Part shown: positions 8,801 through 18,262 of the stretch, one piece after another
How positions within the stretch are numbered: the stretch's first letter is position 1
How the letters are laid out: each line of letters begins with the position of its first letter
DNA from: a virus
Lineage: Duplodnaviria; Caudoviricetes
IMG/VR virus record: IMGVR_UViG_3300021180_000012
Coordinates: 1 to 61,718 of that record
Strand: one strand, 5' to 3'
Length of the DNA: 61,718 nt
Position numbers and translations under genes: made by a program
The notes under the pieces: model-generated
What the model was told of the DNA's origin: nothing
The model's database searches: none
What the model saw: the letters and a program-made list of their open reading frames with translations, nothing else

Positions 8801-10643
8801 CAGCGTTTGCGTCCTCTCTGGGGGTAGGAGTAGGCATCATTGGGTCGTCGAAGATCAACCGCTCAATCTCGCCGTTGCGAACCTCAGCGCTAACCGACTG
8901 ACTGTCGCCGGTCGCCATGTCCCAACCACCTTCACTTTTGGCTGGTACTGAGGTATCATGGTCTCCGGACAAGCCGGGTTGTCTGTGCGTAGAAGTGCTA
9001 TCACTTCCAGAGAGATCGGTGTCCGAACTTCCCGAATAGGCCCCCAATTCTCCGCTATTGGCCCCCGACGTACCGGAAACGTCCCCCTGTACGAGATCGC
9101 CAATGTTACCGTCTTGATCGACTTCGTAGAGAGCGCCCCCGTTAACAGAGACTGTGCCACCACCTTTTGCCTGGCCCGACAGATCGATTGTCTGGATCTG
9201 GTTTTCGGGTAAGCTCTCAGCGATTGCGTCATCGTAGATCTGCAACGACTTCTGCAAAGCCGGTTCGATCTCATCAGGTCGCCAGCCGCGAGCTTGCAGG
9301 TACATGTTAAGCTCGTCGATCATGACCTGACGGCGTACGTGAACGCTGAGCTTCGGTAGCTCATTGCTGAGAAACCGTATGCAGTCCACAGCGATGTCGC
9401 CGCTGGTAATCATCAGACGCTGTGGGTCATACAGCATGGACTGTGGACCCTCCTTGTACCGTCCGATCATCGATCCCTGCACATCGTACACGGCCACCAC
9501 GCCGCCGCTGCCAAGCTCATCGAGCGTGCGTAGCTGTTGACCGCTCAGCTTGACTCGCATCTGCTGTAACAGCGCCTTGAGTGCCAGCGGTACACGGTTA
9601 GATCCATCTTCGACCATAAGCACCTCGCCGGGTCTGGCAGGTATAGAACCAGGGCTTACGTCTGGTCTGAGACCCATGCTAACATGGTCGTCGACCAGCG
9701 TCTTGAAGATCTTACCTCCGAGTTCACAGGCACTGAGAGCACACTTGTAGTAAGCTATGCCCATCAGCTTGTTATCAGGCCACCACAGTACGAGATGCGG
9801 CGATGAACACTCCTCGCACTTGTGTTCCCGCTCAACACGCCATCGCGTTGACCCATCTTCGAGAGTAGTGTCACCGGACTGCACGATCGATGCCGGGTTC
9901 TCGATGTACCGGCGCTCGCGGTTGTTGAGTTGTAGGTAATAGCCGCTTTCATCGAGGCCCAACATACCCTCAGCGACTGACCTGTCGCGGCAGACGCCTA
10001 CACACCTCGCACCGTTCTCGACCATCTCTTGCAGTACGGAGTTGTCGTCACCTTCGTCGTCGATATCAGCGATTGATAGCTCGTAGACGTAAACTTCATC
10101 CGTGTGGTCGCCGGGTTCTGTGGTGAAGCCCCCCAGTTTGAACGAATAGTGCTTATTGCCGTGCGCCACATCGAAGGCCACAGTCTCTGTGGATTGTGGT
10201 GCGGGAGCCGGGTGTGTCTCGTTCCATTCGTCTATGTCGCGAGCGTCCATGAGATCCAGCTTAGCTGCTTCGAGTTCTGCGAGCAGAATGGTATCCACAG
10301 CCTCTGACCACATCTTGAGTTGCACCATGAACGCAATCTGCCCTTGTTCGCCGCGTACGTTAGGATTGCGCAGGGGTCGTGGGTAGGTATGCAGGATCGA
10401 GAGCACACGCTGTAGGCTTTGGGCCGGTGAGAAGTTCTGCCGTCGATAATCTCTGGAAGAAGAATAGTTATCAACTTCCATTTGGTCGATAGTTGACACC
10501 TTGACGGTCCCGAAGTCTACACAGTGTCTGTTGTAGCATACCTCAGTGACTGCTACCATACCCGGTTGTGCCATTGGGCCGGGAGGGTTTGCGGACATCA
10601 AAAACGAAGGCACTCCGCATACTTCACATGTACGTAATTCCAT
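8754..10643 (-). CDS. Large acidic hypothetical protein with two Zn-ribbons
   Basis: Long ORF; CEVC...CxxxxC and CEEC...CxxxxC; likely start MELRTC. Confidence 0.8.
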   Translation of the reverse strand: MELRTCEVCGVPSFLMSANPPGPMAQPGMVAVTEVCYNRHCVDFGTVKVSTIDQMEVDNYSSSRDYRRQNFSPAQSLQRVLSILHTYPRPLRNPNVRGEQGQIAFMVQLKMWSEAVDTILLAELEAAKLDLMDARDIDEWNETHPAPAPQSTETVAFDVAHGNKHYSFKLGGFTTEPGDHTDEVYVYELSIADIDDEGDDNSVLQEMVENGARCVGVCRDRSVAEGMLGLDESGYYLQLNNRERRYIENPASIVQSGDTTLEDGSTRWRVEREHKCEECSSPHLVLWWPDNKLMGIAYYKCALSACELGGKIFKTLVDDHVSMGLRPDVSPGSIPARPGEVLMVEDGSNRVPLALKALLQQMRVKLSGQQLRTLDELGSGGVVAVYDVQGSMIGRYKEGPQSMLYDPQRLMITSGDIAVDCIRFLSNELPKLSVHVRRQVMIDELNMYLQARGWRPDEIEPALQKSLQIYDDAIAESLPENQIQTIDLSGQAKGGGTVSVNGGALYEVDQDGNIGDLVQGDVSGTSGANSGELGAYSGSSDTDLSGSDSTSTHRQPGLSGDHDTSVPAKSEGGWDMATGDSQSVSAEVRNGEIERLIFDDPMMPTPTPREDANADGGTNETTDASSSPD

Positions 10644-10644
10644 C

Positions 10645-10935
10645 TTAGGCTCGCTGTTCTCCGCAATGGTAGAGATGGAACACGAGGTCTCCATCCAGCA
10701 GTTGGAACGTGCCAACATACTTATCTGTGTCTGCTAGCTCGCGGATGTGGCCGGTGCCTAGCAGTTTGAACATCTGGTTAGATGCTGTGCCATATGGGTC
10801 TACCTCAGTCCACATTGTCGGGGTATCCTTTTGCAACTGCACACAAAGAGGCTTAGCACCCTTTGCCATGACAATCACAAACTGGTCCTGAATAGGTACT
10901 GGGTATTTCCATACGGCTTTGGGGATAGTTGTCAT
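10645..10935 (-). CDS. Conserved phage hypothetical (IWKY...GTGH...YVGT...VFHL family)
   Basis: Recognisable motif pattern; GGAG RBS. Confidence 0.8.
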   Translation of the reverse strand: MTTIPKAVWKYPVPIQDQFVIVMAKGAKPLCVQLQKDTPTMWTEVDPYGTASNQMFKLLGTGHIRELADTDKYVGTFQLLDGDLVFHLYHCGEQRA

Positions 10936-10952
10936 TTAGCAGTCTCCGATAA

Positions 10953-11180
10953 TTAAAGCATATCGTTCTCGATAGCTCGTCTTGCAACAACCGCAACCGC
11001 TGATAGGTACTTGGCTGCTGCAATGGTTGCCTGTGCGATGACCTTCAACGTGTTCTCGCCGTTGTCGTCCTGGTCGAGTTCCACGGCGATCTGCAAAGCG
11101 CTGTCAGCTTCGTCGAGACGTTCAATGATCTCGGATTTCACCTGCTCATCGAGCGGGTTAGGTTCAGGTGTTGGTGGCAA
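10953..11180 (-). CDS. Hypothetical protein
   Basis: GGGAGG RBS before TTG. Confidence 0.65.
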   Translation of the reverse strand: MPPTPEPNPLDEQVKSEIIERLDEADSALQIAVELDQDDNGENTLKVIAQATIAAAKYLSAVAVVARRAIENDML

Positions 11181-11496
11181 GAGCTTCCTCCCATTTCTTG
11201 GTTATCCAAACCATGAAAGCATCACAGCCATTGATAGCTGTGAGCAACGTCCACTTGCTTTCGCGAAGGTTGATCCACTGCTGAACAGTGGTCAGTGGTA
11301 TGTTCTGCATGGTGCGCCCTTGAAGCTTCTCGAAGATCCGCTCAGCGAGCTTTGCTTTCCATGCATCACGATTGGCGTCAGTGTCTGTGAACCTGCGCTT
11401 GACAGTTGCCGTGTAGTAGTACGATGCCTTGCCACAGTACGTGTCGATCGATTTCACAGACACATCCGGCTCACCGGAACAGCCGCGCATTTTCAT
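11164..11496 (-). CDS. Hypothetical protein
   Basis: GAGG RBS; operon packing. Confidence 0.7.
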   Translation of the reverse strand: MKMRGCSGEPDVSVKSIDTYCGKASYYYTATVKRRFTDTDANRDAWKAKLAERIFEKLQGRTMQNIPLTTVQQWINLRESKWTLLTAINGCDAFMVWITKKWEEALATNT

Positions 11497-11498
11497 GC

Positions 11499-12332
11499 TT
11501 AGTCCTCATCTTCGTCGAGGTCGGTGTCAACCTGCTTGCCTCGACCCTGGGCTGAATACTTGACCGCTGGTTGCCAGTGCTCGCGCCAATTGCATATGAA
11601 CTCATACCACTCATCCGGCCCCATATCAGGACACGCAAGGCCCCATAGCTCGTCAGTCAGCGAACGGGTCGTCGAGTTCATCGTCGACGGGGGGTCGGAA
11701 TAGCCCACAGCCTGTGTTGTGTTGCTCTGGTCTGACGCCACGTGGGGCATTGCAGGTGCACCCGCCTCGTTGACGCTTATACTCTGCGAGCCACCCCGGT
11801 ACTTGCTCAGAACCCCGTGGATATTGGCTACTGCCTGGGCGCAGTCCTTGAGGTACTTGCTGCGACCCTCCGTTCCCGGTCCCTGCTTCGGAATGTACTT
11901 GAGGATGTTCTCGATCTGCGTCATCGCGACCCACTTCGGCATTGATGTTGGGTTTTCCGGCGCGAACTCGTGCAGCATCTCCACTAAGGTTCTCAGCCTC
12001 TGTTCCCCGAGATCCCCGTTGCCCATCACTATACGAAGCTCCTGCAAAGCCCGTGTTGCTCGCTCGGGTTCCGGTCGTCGGCGTGCTTCCAGTCGATCGC
12101 TGATAGCCTTTAACCCCTCCGCTGCTTCCTCCGATCGAGCCTTGTCTAGAAGCTCTGCCATTGTAGCCTTTGCTTCGTATTCTAGCTCCTCCCTGTGCTC
12201 CGCTAGAACCGCTGCTCGCACCTGTCGAGCCAGTGTCACCCCGAACTTCCGGTCGTCCGGTAGTCGTGGTCCTATCAAAGCCGACAGCCCGTTCGCTAAC
12301 CGCTCGTCCCGTTCCCGCTGAATTGCGCTCAT
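11499..12332 (-). CDS. Hypothetical helical protein
   Basis: AGGAG RBS; coding-like composition. Confidence 0.75.
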   Translation of the reverse strand: MSAIQRERDERLANGLSALIGPRLPDDRKFGVTLARQVRAAVLAEHREELEYEAKATMAELLDKARSEEAAEGLKAISDRLEARRRPEPERATRALQELRIVMGNGDLGEQRLRTLVEMLHEFAPENPTSMPKWVAMTQIENILKYIPKQGPGTEGRSKYLKDCAQAVANIHGVLSKYRGGSQSISVNEAGAPAMPHVASDQSNTTQAVGYSDPPSTMNSTTRSLTDELWGLACPDMGPDEWYEFICNWREHWQPAVKYSAQGRGKQVDTDLDEDED

Positions 12333-12534
12333 GGTCTATTAACTCCTGTAGTCTAATGTATAGGTCGCCAAAATGTACTTCACAACCACTGGCAGTGATA
12401 TTACTATTCCCAGAGAGGCGGATCATCAGCCGACCGCCATAGCTATCGAACTCTATTACCCTATCCTCGCTCTCAATGCGTAGCGAATAGGTCTTTACCT
12501 GGGCAATTGGGTAGCCCTTACTATGGCCCTCCAT
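11653..12534 (-). CDS. Hypothetical protein; about 70-aa globular head with a long tail overlapping the next gene
   Basis: GGAGG RBS at ATG 12534; fills the 12332-12534 gap. Confidence 0.5.
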   Translation of the reverse strand: MEGHSKGYPIAQVKTYSLRIESEDRVIEFDSYGGRLMIRLSGNSNITASGCEVHFGDLYIRLQELIDHERNSAGTGRAVSERAVGFDRTTTTGRPEVRGDTGSTGASSGSSGAQGGARIRSKGYNGRASRQGSIGGSSGGVKGYQRSTGSTPTTGTRASNTGFAGASYSDGQRGSRGTEAENLSGDAARVRAGKPNINAEVGRDDADREHPQVHSEAGTGNGGSQQVPQGLRPGSSQYPRGSEQVPGWLAEYKRQRGGCTCNAPRGVRPEQHNTGCGLFRPPVDDELDDPFAD

Positions 12535-12739
12535 TACACGCCTCCGCGTAGCCTCCGTTAATCAGTGTCTTGGCTACGTCGGGTCGGATCTTGATAGATC
12601 CGTTGAACGCTGACACCTCGGCTATGCGGAGGTTAATGTCGAGTTCGCAAACATCCCCAACTTCCAGAGCACCGACTTTGTATCGTGTTTTAAGGATCTT
12701 AGTATCCTTTGTGATCTTTATGTATTCGATCTCTTTCAA
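12521..12739 (-). CDS. Hypothetical protein
   Basis: G-rich RBS; operon packing. Confidence 0.6.
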   Translation of the reverse strand: MKEIEYIKITKDTKILKTRYKVGALEVGDVCELDINLRIAEVSAFNGSIKIRPDVAKTLINGGYAEACNGGP

Positions 12740-12758
12740 GGGAAAGGCCCCCCCCTGT

Positions 12759-13043
12759 CTATATAAACCAGTAACGACCGTATCTCAGAGGATGCTCGTC
12801 AATGTCGAGTATGGGCAATGGCATTGGCTTAAACAACGGGTCGTCATAGACAGCCCCGTGTGTCAGAGCCTGATTAGCTATCATCATCTTGCCGTTGCCT
12901 TTGAAAACCCGAGGCCCATCTTCCGGCAGGTACTTGCTGTGTAGCTCCTCCATGCCTACGAAATCTGTGGCCTCTAGTTCCTTGATATCCTTCGCGAAGG
13001 GGCTACTATTCGCGGTGTCTCGTTCGGGCGTGTCTCCATCCAT
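12759..13043 (-). CDS. Hypothetical protein
   Basis: AAGGA RBS; operon packing. Confidence 0.55.
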   Translation of the reverse strand: MDGDTPERDTANSSPFAKDIKELEATDFVGMEELHSKYLPEDGPRVFKGNGKMMIANQALTHGAVYDDPLFKPMPLPILDIDEHPLRYGRYWFI

Positions 13044-13177
13044 TCCAATAGGTCCTTGTGGTAAGGTTGAAGTTTGATACCGAATGCTTCCACGAACATC
13101 TCAAAGTTCCATCTTGGTAGACAGACTATGTTAGGGCGGTGGATAGCCACCCAGATATCAACCTCTGTTAACTTCAT
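12974..13177 (-). CDS. Hypothetical protein
   Basis: AGGAG RBS; ATGA overlap with the upstream stop. Confidence 0.6.
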   Translation of the reverse strand: MKLTEVDIWVAIHRPNIVCLPRWNFEMFVEAFGIKLQPYHKDLLEWMETRPNETPRIVAPSRRISRN

Positions 13178-13587
13178 TTCTTGAAGTCTCCTATGCCTGG
13201 TATAAGACCGGGCGGTAGGTTGAGTGGCACAATGATACGCCGCTGGTCGCTGTCCTTGTCGACACGAGAACGTATCAACGCGTCGATCTCGCGGTGCGTG
13301 GTGACGAACACCTCATTCTCTGGGAAGTGAGGATTAATCACCAATTCAAGTTTGTACTTCTTGGCGACCCACCACGCAGGGACTGCATGTCGGCTATTGC
13401 ACACAACGGCGTCGGACGGAAGCCCGATCTCGCTGCGTGCCTTCATGATAGGCCCGACTATGTTATCAATCCCTACGATGAGGTCGTCAATCATGTACTC
13501 TTTGCGGAACTCTGCCATCTCAGCTTCGAGATCCGCTAACTCACCCTCGCGTCGATCGCGCTCTTTTTGGCTCTCATCGAGTGGCAT
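13174..13587 (-). CDS. Hypothetical protein
   Basis: AGGAG RBS. Confidence 0.75.
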   Translation of the reverse strand: MPLDESQKERDRREGELADLEAEMAEFRKEYMIDDLIVGIDNIVGPIMKARSEIGLPSDAVVCNSRHAVPAWWVAKKYKLELVINPHFPENEVFVTTHREIDALIRSRVDKDSDQRRIIVPLNLPPGLIPGIGDFKK

Positions 13588-13813
13588 GGTTGACGCTCCT
13601 GAAACTAGCGGGACCAGCCCATGCGTAGGTAGTGTCGCCGTAGGGTCTGTGAACCCCTATATACCAGTTGGCATCCGGCCTTGCTTCGCAGTAGAAGTGG
13701 GTGTCAACCTTTATGGGGCAGTAATTGCTGCCGAACCGCACCGGCTTAACTGTATGGTGTGTACAGCGGATAGTACCGTATGACGGTTCGGAGGTTGTTG
13801 GAGGTCCGTTCAT
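13574..13813 (-). CDS. Hypothetical protein (likely start MNGPP)
   Basis: GGAGGGG RBS; ATGA overlap at 13810-13813. Confidence 0.55.
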   Translation of the reverse strand: MNGPPTTSEPSYGTIRCTHHTVKPVRFGSNYCPIKVDTHFYCEARPDANWYIGVHRPYGDTTYAWAGPASFRSVNHATR

Positions 13814-14190
13814 CTCCCCTCCTTCGCACATCGGATAGGTTCCGTCAGACAATTGAAGAAGCAGTTACGAGGGCAACCGCACACACCGTCTACACCGTGG
13901 TTGCGGACATACGACGGGCAACTGTCGCCGGTGTACGGCCTGTAGCCTTTGCGACGACGCAAGATCATGCACAGAGGGTTGCTGTTGATCTGTACGAACT
14001 CCCATCCGTACAGCGCCATCTCGATACAGACACCGGCAATCGGTTCGCCGGGGTGTGTGTTGTAGTGGGCTAAGGCCATGTAATCGTACTGGATGCTGCC
14101 AACAGCCTCTACGACCGCTGCCTTGAACTGTTTGCTGTCCACAGTGGCAAGGAGTAACTGGGCCATCTTGCGCCAGAAGTAGTTAAACAC
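13810..14190 (-). CDS. Hypothetical Cys-rich protein
   Basis: AGGAGG RBS before GTG. Confidence 0.7.
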   Translation of the reverse strand: MFNYFWRKMAQLLLATVDSKQFKAAVVEAVGSIQYDYMALAHYNTHPGEPIAGVCIEMALYGWEFVQINSNPLCMILRRRKGYRPYTGDSCPSYVRNHGVDGVCGCPRNCFFNCLTEPIRCAKEGR

Positions 14191-14199
14191 TGTGTCCTC

Positions 14200-14853
14200 C
14201 TAGAAGTTCTCGGCTTCGAGAACTCCCTCCATGATGCGAATGCCCATTACGGCAAGCTGCTTAGCCTCTGTGTAGAGATCGCTAGCGTTGCCGTCATTGG
14301 CTGCACCGTTGATGACTGTGTTCAGATGCGCCTGACAGCACTCGCCGTACTCTTCACCGGCTGCGAGGATCAACTGAGGCACAGGCTGGTTAGGAAACTT
14401 AGTAGTAGCCTTTATGTACTCGGCTTTGACATCGTGGAGTAAGACACCGATCTCTGCCGGTCGCGTCGGTTGGCTAAGCATTTCAAGTAGCCGCGCCAGT
14501 GCAACATCAGCAGTATGCCCATCCCAGACATCAGCAAGCTCGCGCTCAGCTACTTTGAAGCTATCCCAGTGCTCGTGCTTGTAGTGGTTGCTGACCTGAC
14601 CCGTAGGCAGTTGCGCTACCACAATAAAATAGCGACCGCCAAAGCACGGCTCTCCGTCGTGATGCAGCTTAGACTTATGTATGCCATACAGCCCCTGCGA
14701 AGCCCACATGTTGAACAGCAGGGCATTGTAAACACGGCGGTACTCGTAGAGTTCCCCGAAGGTGTGAAAGCCATCAGAGATACTGTTGCGGTCCTCGTCG
14801 GTGTTGCAGTTCATAAGCAACTGATAGTTCTCGTTTGTCATGTCCGTAGCCAT
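14200..14853 (-). CDS. WDGH-family protein fused to a MazG-like NTP pyrophosphatase-type helical domain
   Basis: SDGFHTFGELY, QVSNHY and WDGHT motifs; C-terminal EEYGE...E..Q motif. Confidence 0.7.
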   Translation of the reverse strand: MATDMTNENYQLLMNCNTDEDRNSISDGFHTFGELYEYRRVYNALLFNMWASQGLYGIHKSKLHHDGEPCFGGRYFIVVAQLPTGQVSNHYKHEHWDSFKVAERELADVWDGHTADVALARLLEMLSQPTRPAEIGVLLHDVKAEYIKATTKFPNQPVPQLILAAGEEYGECCQAHLNTVINGAANDGNASDLYTEAKQLAVMGIRIMEGVLEAENF

Positions 14854-14959
14854 TGTTAGTAAGCCTTTCTGTTCGCCATTTCGATCCTATAACAGTAGTA
14901 TCTAGAGGCATAGCCTCTGTGCAGTCTAACTGGTTTGACACGTATTGCTTATTTCAACG

Positions 14960-15091
14960 TTACCTCTTCATTCTGCGGTGTATGTCGCCTATCGCTCTGC
15001 CCAACCAGCGGCCACCGTAGACAATGACGACACCCGCTATGATAACCGCCGCGAAGATATCTTCGGGCGTGATCCTCATGTAGAAACGCAT
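14960..15091 (-). CDS. 43-aa membrane peptide (not in the ORF track)
   Basis: GGAGG RBS; MRFYMRITPEDIFAAVIIAGVVIVYGG... Confidence 0.55.
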   Translation of the reverse strand: MRFYMRITPEDIFAAVIIAGVVIVYGGRWLGRAIGDIHRRMKR

Positions 15092-15097
15092 ACTCTG

Positions 15098-15298
15098 TTA
15101 ACCCTCCATGTCTTTACATGTGCCGTTCTCGTTGAAGTTCTGAGGAAAGATAATGCGTAATCTAGCATTGAGGATGCCCATAGACACTGCCACTCTGTGT
15201 GGCTTGCCGTCAGGATCATGTGTTGAGTTAAGTGCAGCAATGTAGCCCATAGAGGCTGCTGCCACAGCTAGCACATCCTTCTGCTGTTTCTCGGTCAT
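15098..15298 (-). CDS. Hypothetical protein
   Basis: GAGGAG RBS. Confidence 0.65.
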   Translation of the reverse strand: MTEKQQKDVLAVAAASMGYIAALNSTHDPDGKPHRVAVSMGILNARLRIIFPQNFNENGTCKDMEG

Positions 15299-15299
15299 G

Positions 15300-17417
15300 C
15301 TATCTCCTCATTCGTCGGACCATGCGAACCTTGAGCGTCTTGCGCTCTCTGGAAAGAGATCTAACTACGCCGTTTTCTCGGGTTAAGCCAGCCTCTCCCC
15401 ACAATTCGCGTAGGTGATTGGATATGTAGTAGCGATTGACAGGTCTGCCAGGGCCTGTGACAACCCCCTTGTCGACCTCAACACGTATAGCTCCTAGCTC
15501 TCGAAGGTCATCTACCTGGTCTCGCAGTGTGTTCTTAGCTAGGTTACAGTCCGCACTAAGCTCGTCCATAGTTTGACCTGGGTTATCAGACAATGAGGCT
15601 ATGGCTTCGAGATTGAAACCAACGCAGGTGTCGATGGCAATCCTTGCAAGTATCCGGTATTCGTCATCACCTATGGACGCCGGTGTGTTAACAAGCCCTA
15701 AGCCCATGAGCAGTTTGGTAAACTGGGCTGCAAGGCGAGTAGCCACCTCGTGTTGCGGTCGGTACAGCAACTTCCGTTCGCCGCGTGGATCTCGCTCGAC
15801 GCTAGCACGAAGCATAGCCACGAGTTCTGCAAGAGCGATAACCCGCTCCACCGTCCATTCGTCGAGTTGAGGTATGGCGTCCTCGTTTACTGCCACATCA
15901 AGGAAGGACTTCGCGGCCTCCGTTAACTCAGCAGCTATCTCTACTTCCTTGCCGACGTTTCGGATCGATGCACGTATCTGGTCCTTGTGTCTTGCGGCCA
16001 CACCCTTTACGATGTGCATCATGAGGAACCTTTCACCCAGAGAAGCAGAACGCTCTCCGTAGATCTGTTGGGTGACACCGGTTATCATGTTGAACACGCT
16101 CTCGTACTGTCTGAGAACACCGTTGCCGAACTCCTTAGCTGCGTTGCCGTCGTAGGCATCTCGCAGTACGCCTAGAAGTTCGTCCTTGTGCACTCGCGGC
16201 ATCGAGAGGATTGTGGTGAAGTCCTTGACCGCCAAGATCTTGTGATGAAGCTTTGGCAAGAGACTGGGGTCCTCGCCACCGCCCTTCACAAACCCTGAGA
16301 TCAACGAGTGCGGCGTAAGCGTTGACCGCATTATAACGTTGAGGCACTTCATAACAGAGGATATGAGTAACGTTTTGCCGCCACCGGGAGGTGCTACCAG
16401 ATGCATCCACAGCGGCGGTCCTGGTATCCTCACGGAGAGCACGACGGCGCATATGACCCTCAACGCGTCCTCAAGATCCTGCGTCATGTGTATATGCTTG
16501 CGATAGACTGCGAGCACGTCAGACCACTTGGGCCTCAGCGATGACGTTATAGGTATCCGGCTTTCCTTCTCCTTCTTCTGCTCATCTCGCTCATCGGGAG
16601 ATAGATACACATCTACGAGGTCATCAATCTCTGCAAACGTGCAGTCTTTTGTTACAAGGTCGCGAACGTCAGTACCTTCCGGTAGCTCCGTGGGCCATGC
16701 CAGGTGATAGACCTTCTTAGCCCGTTCCTTGATCTTGTAGTAGAGCCGTTCCTTGCCCTTCTCACCGGCTGTGTCGTGATCGTAGCACATGACAACATCA
16801 CGACCATCGATGAAGTCAAGCCACGCATCCTTGAAGATAGTACCCGGCGTACCGAGAACCATTCCTTCTTGGGTCTCTTTCTCTATGAGCCACCGGAGAG
16901 CTATGCAGTCCCAACCACCCTCCACGATATACACACGGTCGTCTGCGTGTCCTTTCTGGGAAGTGAAGTATTCAACGCCGAAAAGTTGTGCGTCGATCGT
17001 CGGCAGACCTTTTAGCTTGTCGCCAATCCGGTACATGTAGAGGTTGATGATCGCTCCCCGTGAATTGTACACAGGCATTGCGAACCTCTGACCATCGTAC
17101 ACGATACCAGCTTCCTTGAGGATGTCAGGTGGTAGCTGCCGGTCGTTAGCAAGGGATATGAACTCCTGCTGGTAGCTGTCCTGTTCCTCAAGGTATCTGG
17201 CATACCAGAGCTTCATGTACGAGTACACGTTACCCTTCTTGCCACATGACTTGCAGTCCCATTGGCCGGTGTCGATGTTTGCGTACAGGTGGTTCGGTTT
17301 AAAGCAGAATGGACAGGCCCCGTACGCCTCACGTCCTGTCATCCTGCGTTCGTCATAGTCAAACCCGAGTTCTACTAAGGGTCGTAGCTTCTCGGGTGCT
17401 TGTTGTTTTGCTGCCAT
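15300..17417 (-). CDS. Primase-helicase: Zn finger + TOPRIM + AAA+/MCM-like NTPase + winged helix
   Basis: CPFC...CKSC; VEGGWD and YDHD (TOPRIM); APPGGGKT Walker A; KDFTT; LRDAYDG; ERF arginine finger. Confidence 0.9.
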   Translation of the reverse strand: MAAKQQAPEKLRPLVELGFDYDERRMTGREAYGACPFCFKPNHLYANIDTGQWDCKSCGKKGNVYSYMKLWYARYLEEQDSYQQEFISLANDRQLPPDILKEAGIVYDGQRFAMPVYNSRGAIINLYMYRIGDKLKGLPTIDAQLFGVEYFTSQKGHADDRVYIVEGGWDCIALRWLIEKETQEGMVLGTPGTIFKDAWLDFIDGRDVVMCYDHDTAGEKGKERLYYKIKERAKKVYHLAWPTELPEGTDVRDLVTKDCTFAEIDDLVDVYLSPDERDEQKKEKESRIPITSSLRPKWSDVLAVYRKHIHMTQDLEDALRVICAVVLSVRIPGPPLWMHLVAPPGGGKTLLISSVMKCLNVIMRSTLTPHSLISGFVKGGGEDPSLLPKLHHKILAVKDFTTILSMPRVHKDELLGVLRDAYDGNAAKEFGNGVLRQYESVFNMITGVTQQIYGERSASLGERFLMMHIVKGVAARHKDQIRASIRNVGKEVEIAAELTEAAKSFLDVAVNEDAIPQLDEWTVERVIALAELVAMLRASVERDPRGERKLLYRPQHEVATRLAAQFTKLLMGLGLVNTPASIGDDEYRILARIAIDTCVGFNLEAIASLSDNPGQTMDELSADCNLAKNTLRDQVDDLRELGAIRVEVDKGVVTGPGRPVNRYYISNHLRELWGEAGLTRENGVVRSLSRERKTLKVRMVRRMRR

Positions 17418-17446
17418 AATTTATCAGCCCCTGATAGCTTACTCCC

Positions 17447-18007
17447 CTACTCAAAAAGCAATATGTTGAACACGGATTGGAGATAGTAGTACACAGGCAC
17501 TTCAAGCCACTTCTTACCGTTCCCTGCTATGTTCAACACCTCGATACCATTCGAGACTATCCAGTAGGCGACTTCGTAGGGATCGATCTGCTTCTCCCAA
17601 TTGCCGCCCCCTGCATACCACTCGTTCTCCATGAAGATATCGAGATGAGGTTTTTTGTAGTGTCTGATAGCTGCCAGTGTGCAGTATTCGCCAGGAGTGT
17701 TGAAGTCGACACATAGACGGATCGTAGCGTCTGCGGCTTGAACATTCCTGTGTGTGCGGGTACGGTAGTCTGGGCAATCGTCCCGCATCTGGTACATCCA
17801 CGCGTATCCTGGTTTCTTCCCTCGTTGGGTAAGAAAGCCTGTGGGCATATGACCGCCGGTCTTGAAACCCATTTCCTTAGCGATTGCAACACCGGCAATA
17901 TCTGCCCCTACTTGCCCTCCCGAGATAACCTTACGCAACGTCGTAGGGTTTGGCACAGGGGGCGTCAGGATACGTCTTTGTTGGTATCCTTTGACTATTA
18001 CTCCCAT
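17447..18007 (-). CDS. SLOG-superfamily (MoCo-carrier/YpsA-like) protein
   Basis: KVISGGQVGAD, RTxxNV..ADAT, VLNIAGN. Confidence 0.85.
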   Translation of the reverse strand: MGVIVKGYQQRRILTPPVPNPTTLRKVISGGQVGADIAGVAIAKEMGFKTGGHMPTGFLTQRGKKPGYAWMYQMRDDCPDYRTRTHRNVQAADATIRLCVDFNTPGEYCTLAAIRHYKKPHLDIFMENEWYAGGGNWEKQIDPYEVAYWIVSNGIEVLNIAGNGKKWLEVPVYYYLQSVFNILLFE

Positions 18008-18015
18008 GCCATCCC

Positions 18016-18252
18016 CTATAGTTTCCGTTTAGCTTGACTGATGATCTCGGTTGCTGCGTGCTCGATATCGGCGTACTGTACTAAGGCACCCTCTTCTTCG
18101 TCGGACACCGTGTCTTTCTCAACACCGACACCGGGAGGAACACAGCGTCTGTGAGCGAAGTCATCACCATCGTCCATCTTGACGATTACACAATCCTCAA
18201 CGTCGTCTGTATCTTTGATCTTCTTTTTACAGAAGCGGCAAGTCTCAGTCAT
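18016..18252 (-). CDS. Small Zn-finger-like protein
   Basis: CRFC...HRRC; AGGAGG RBS. Confidence 0.7.
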   Translation of the reverse strand: MTETCRFCKKKIKDTDDVEDCVIVKMDDGDDFAHRRCVPPGVGVEKDTVSDEEEGALVQYADIEHAATEIISQAKRKL

Positions 18253-18262
18253 TGTTATCCTC

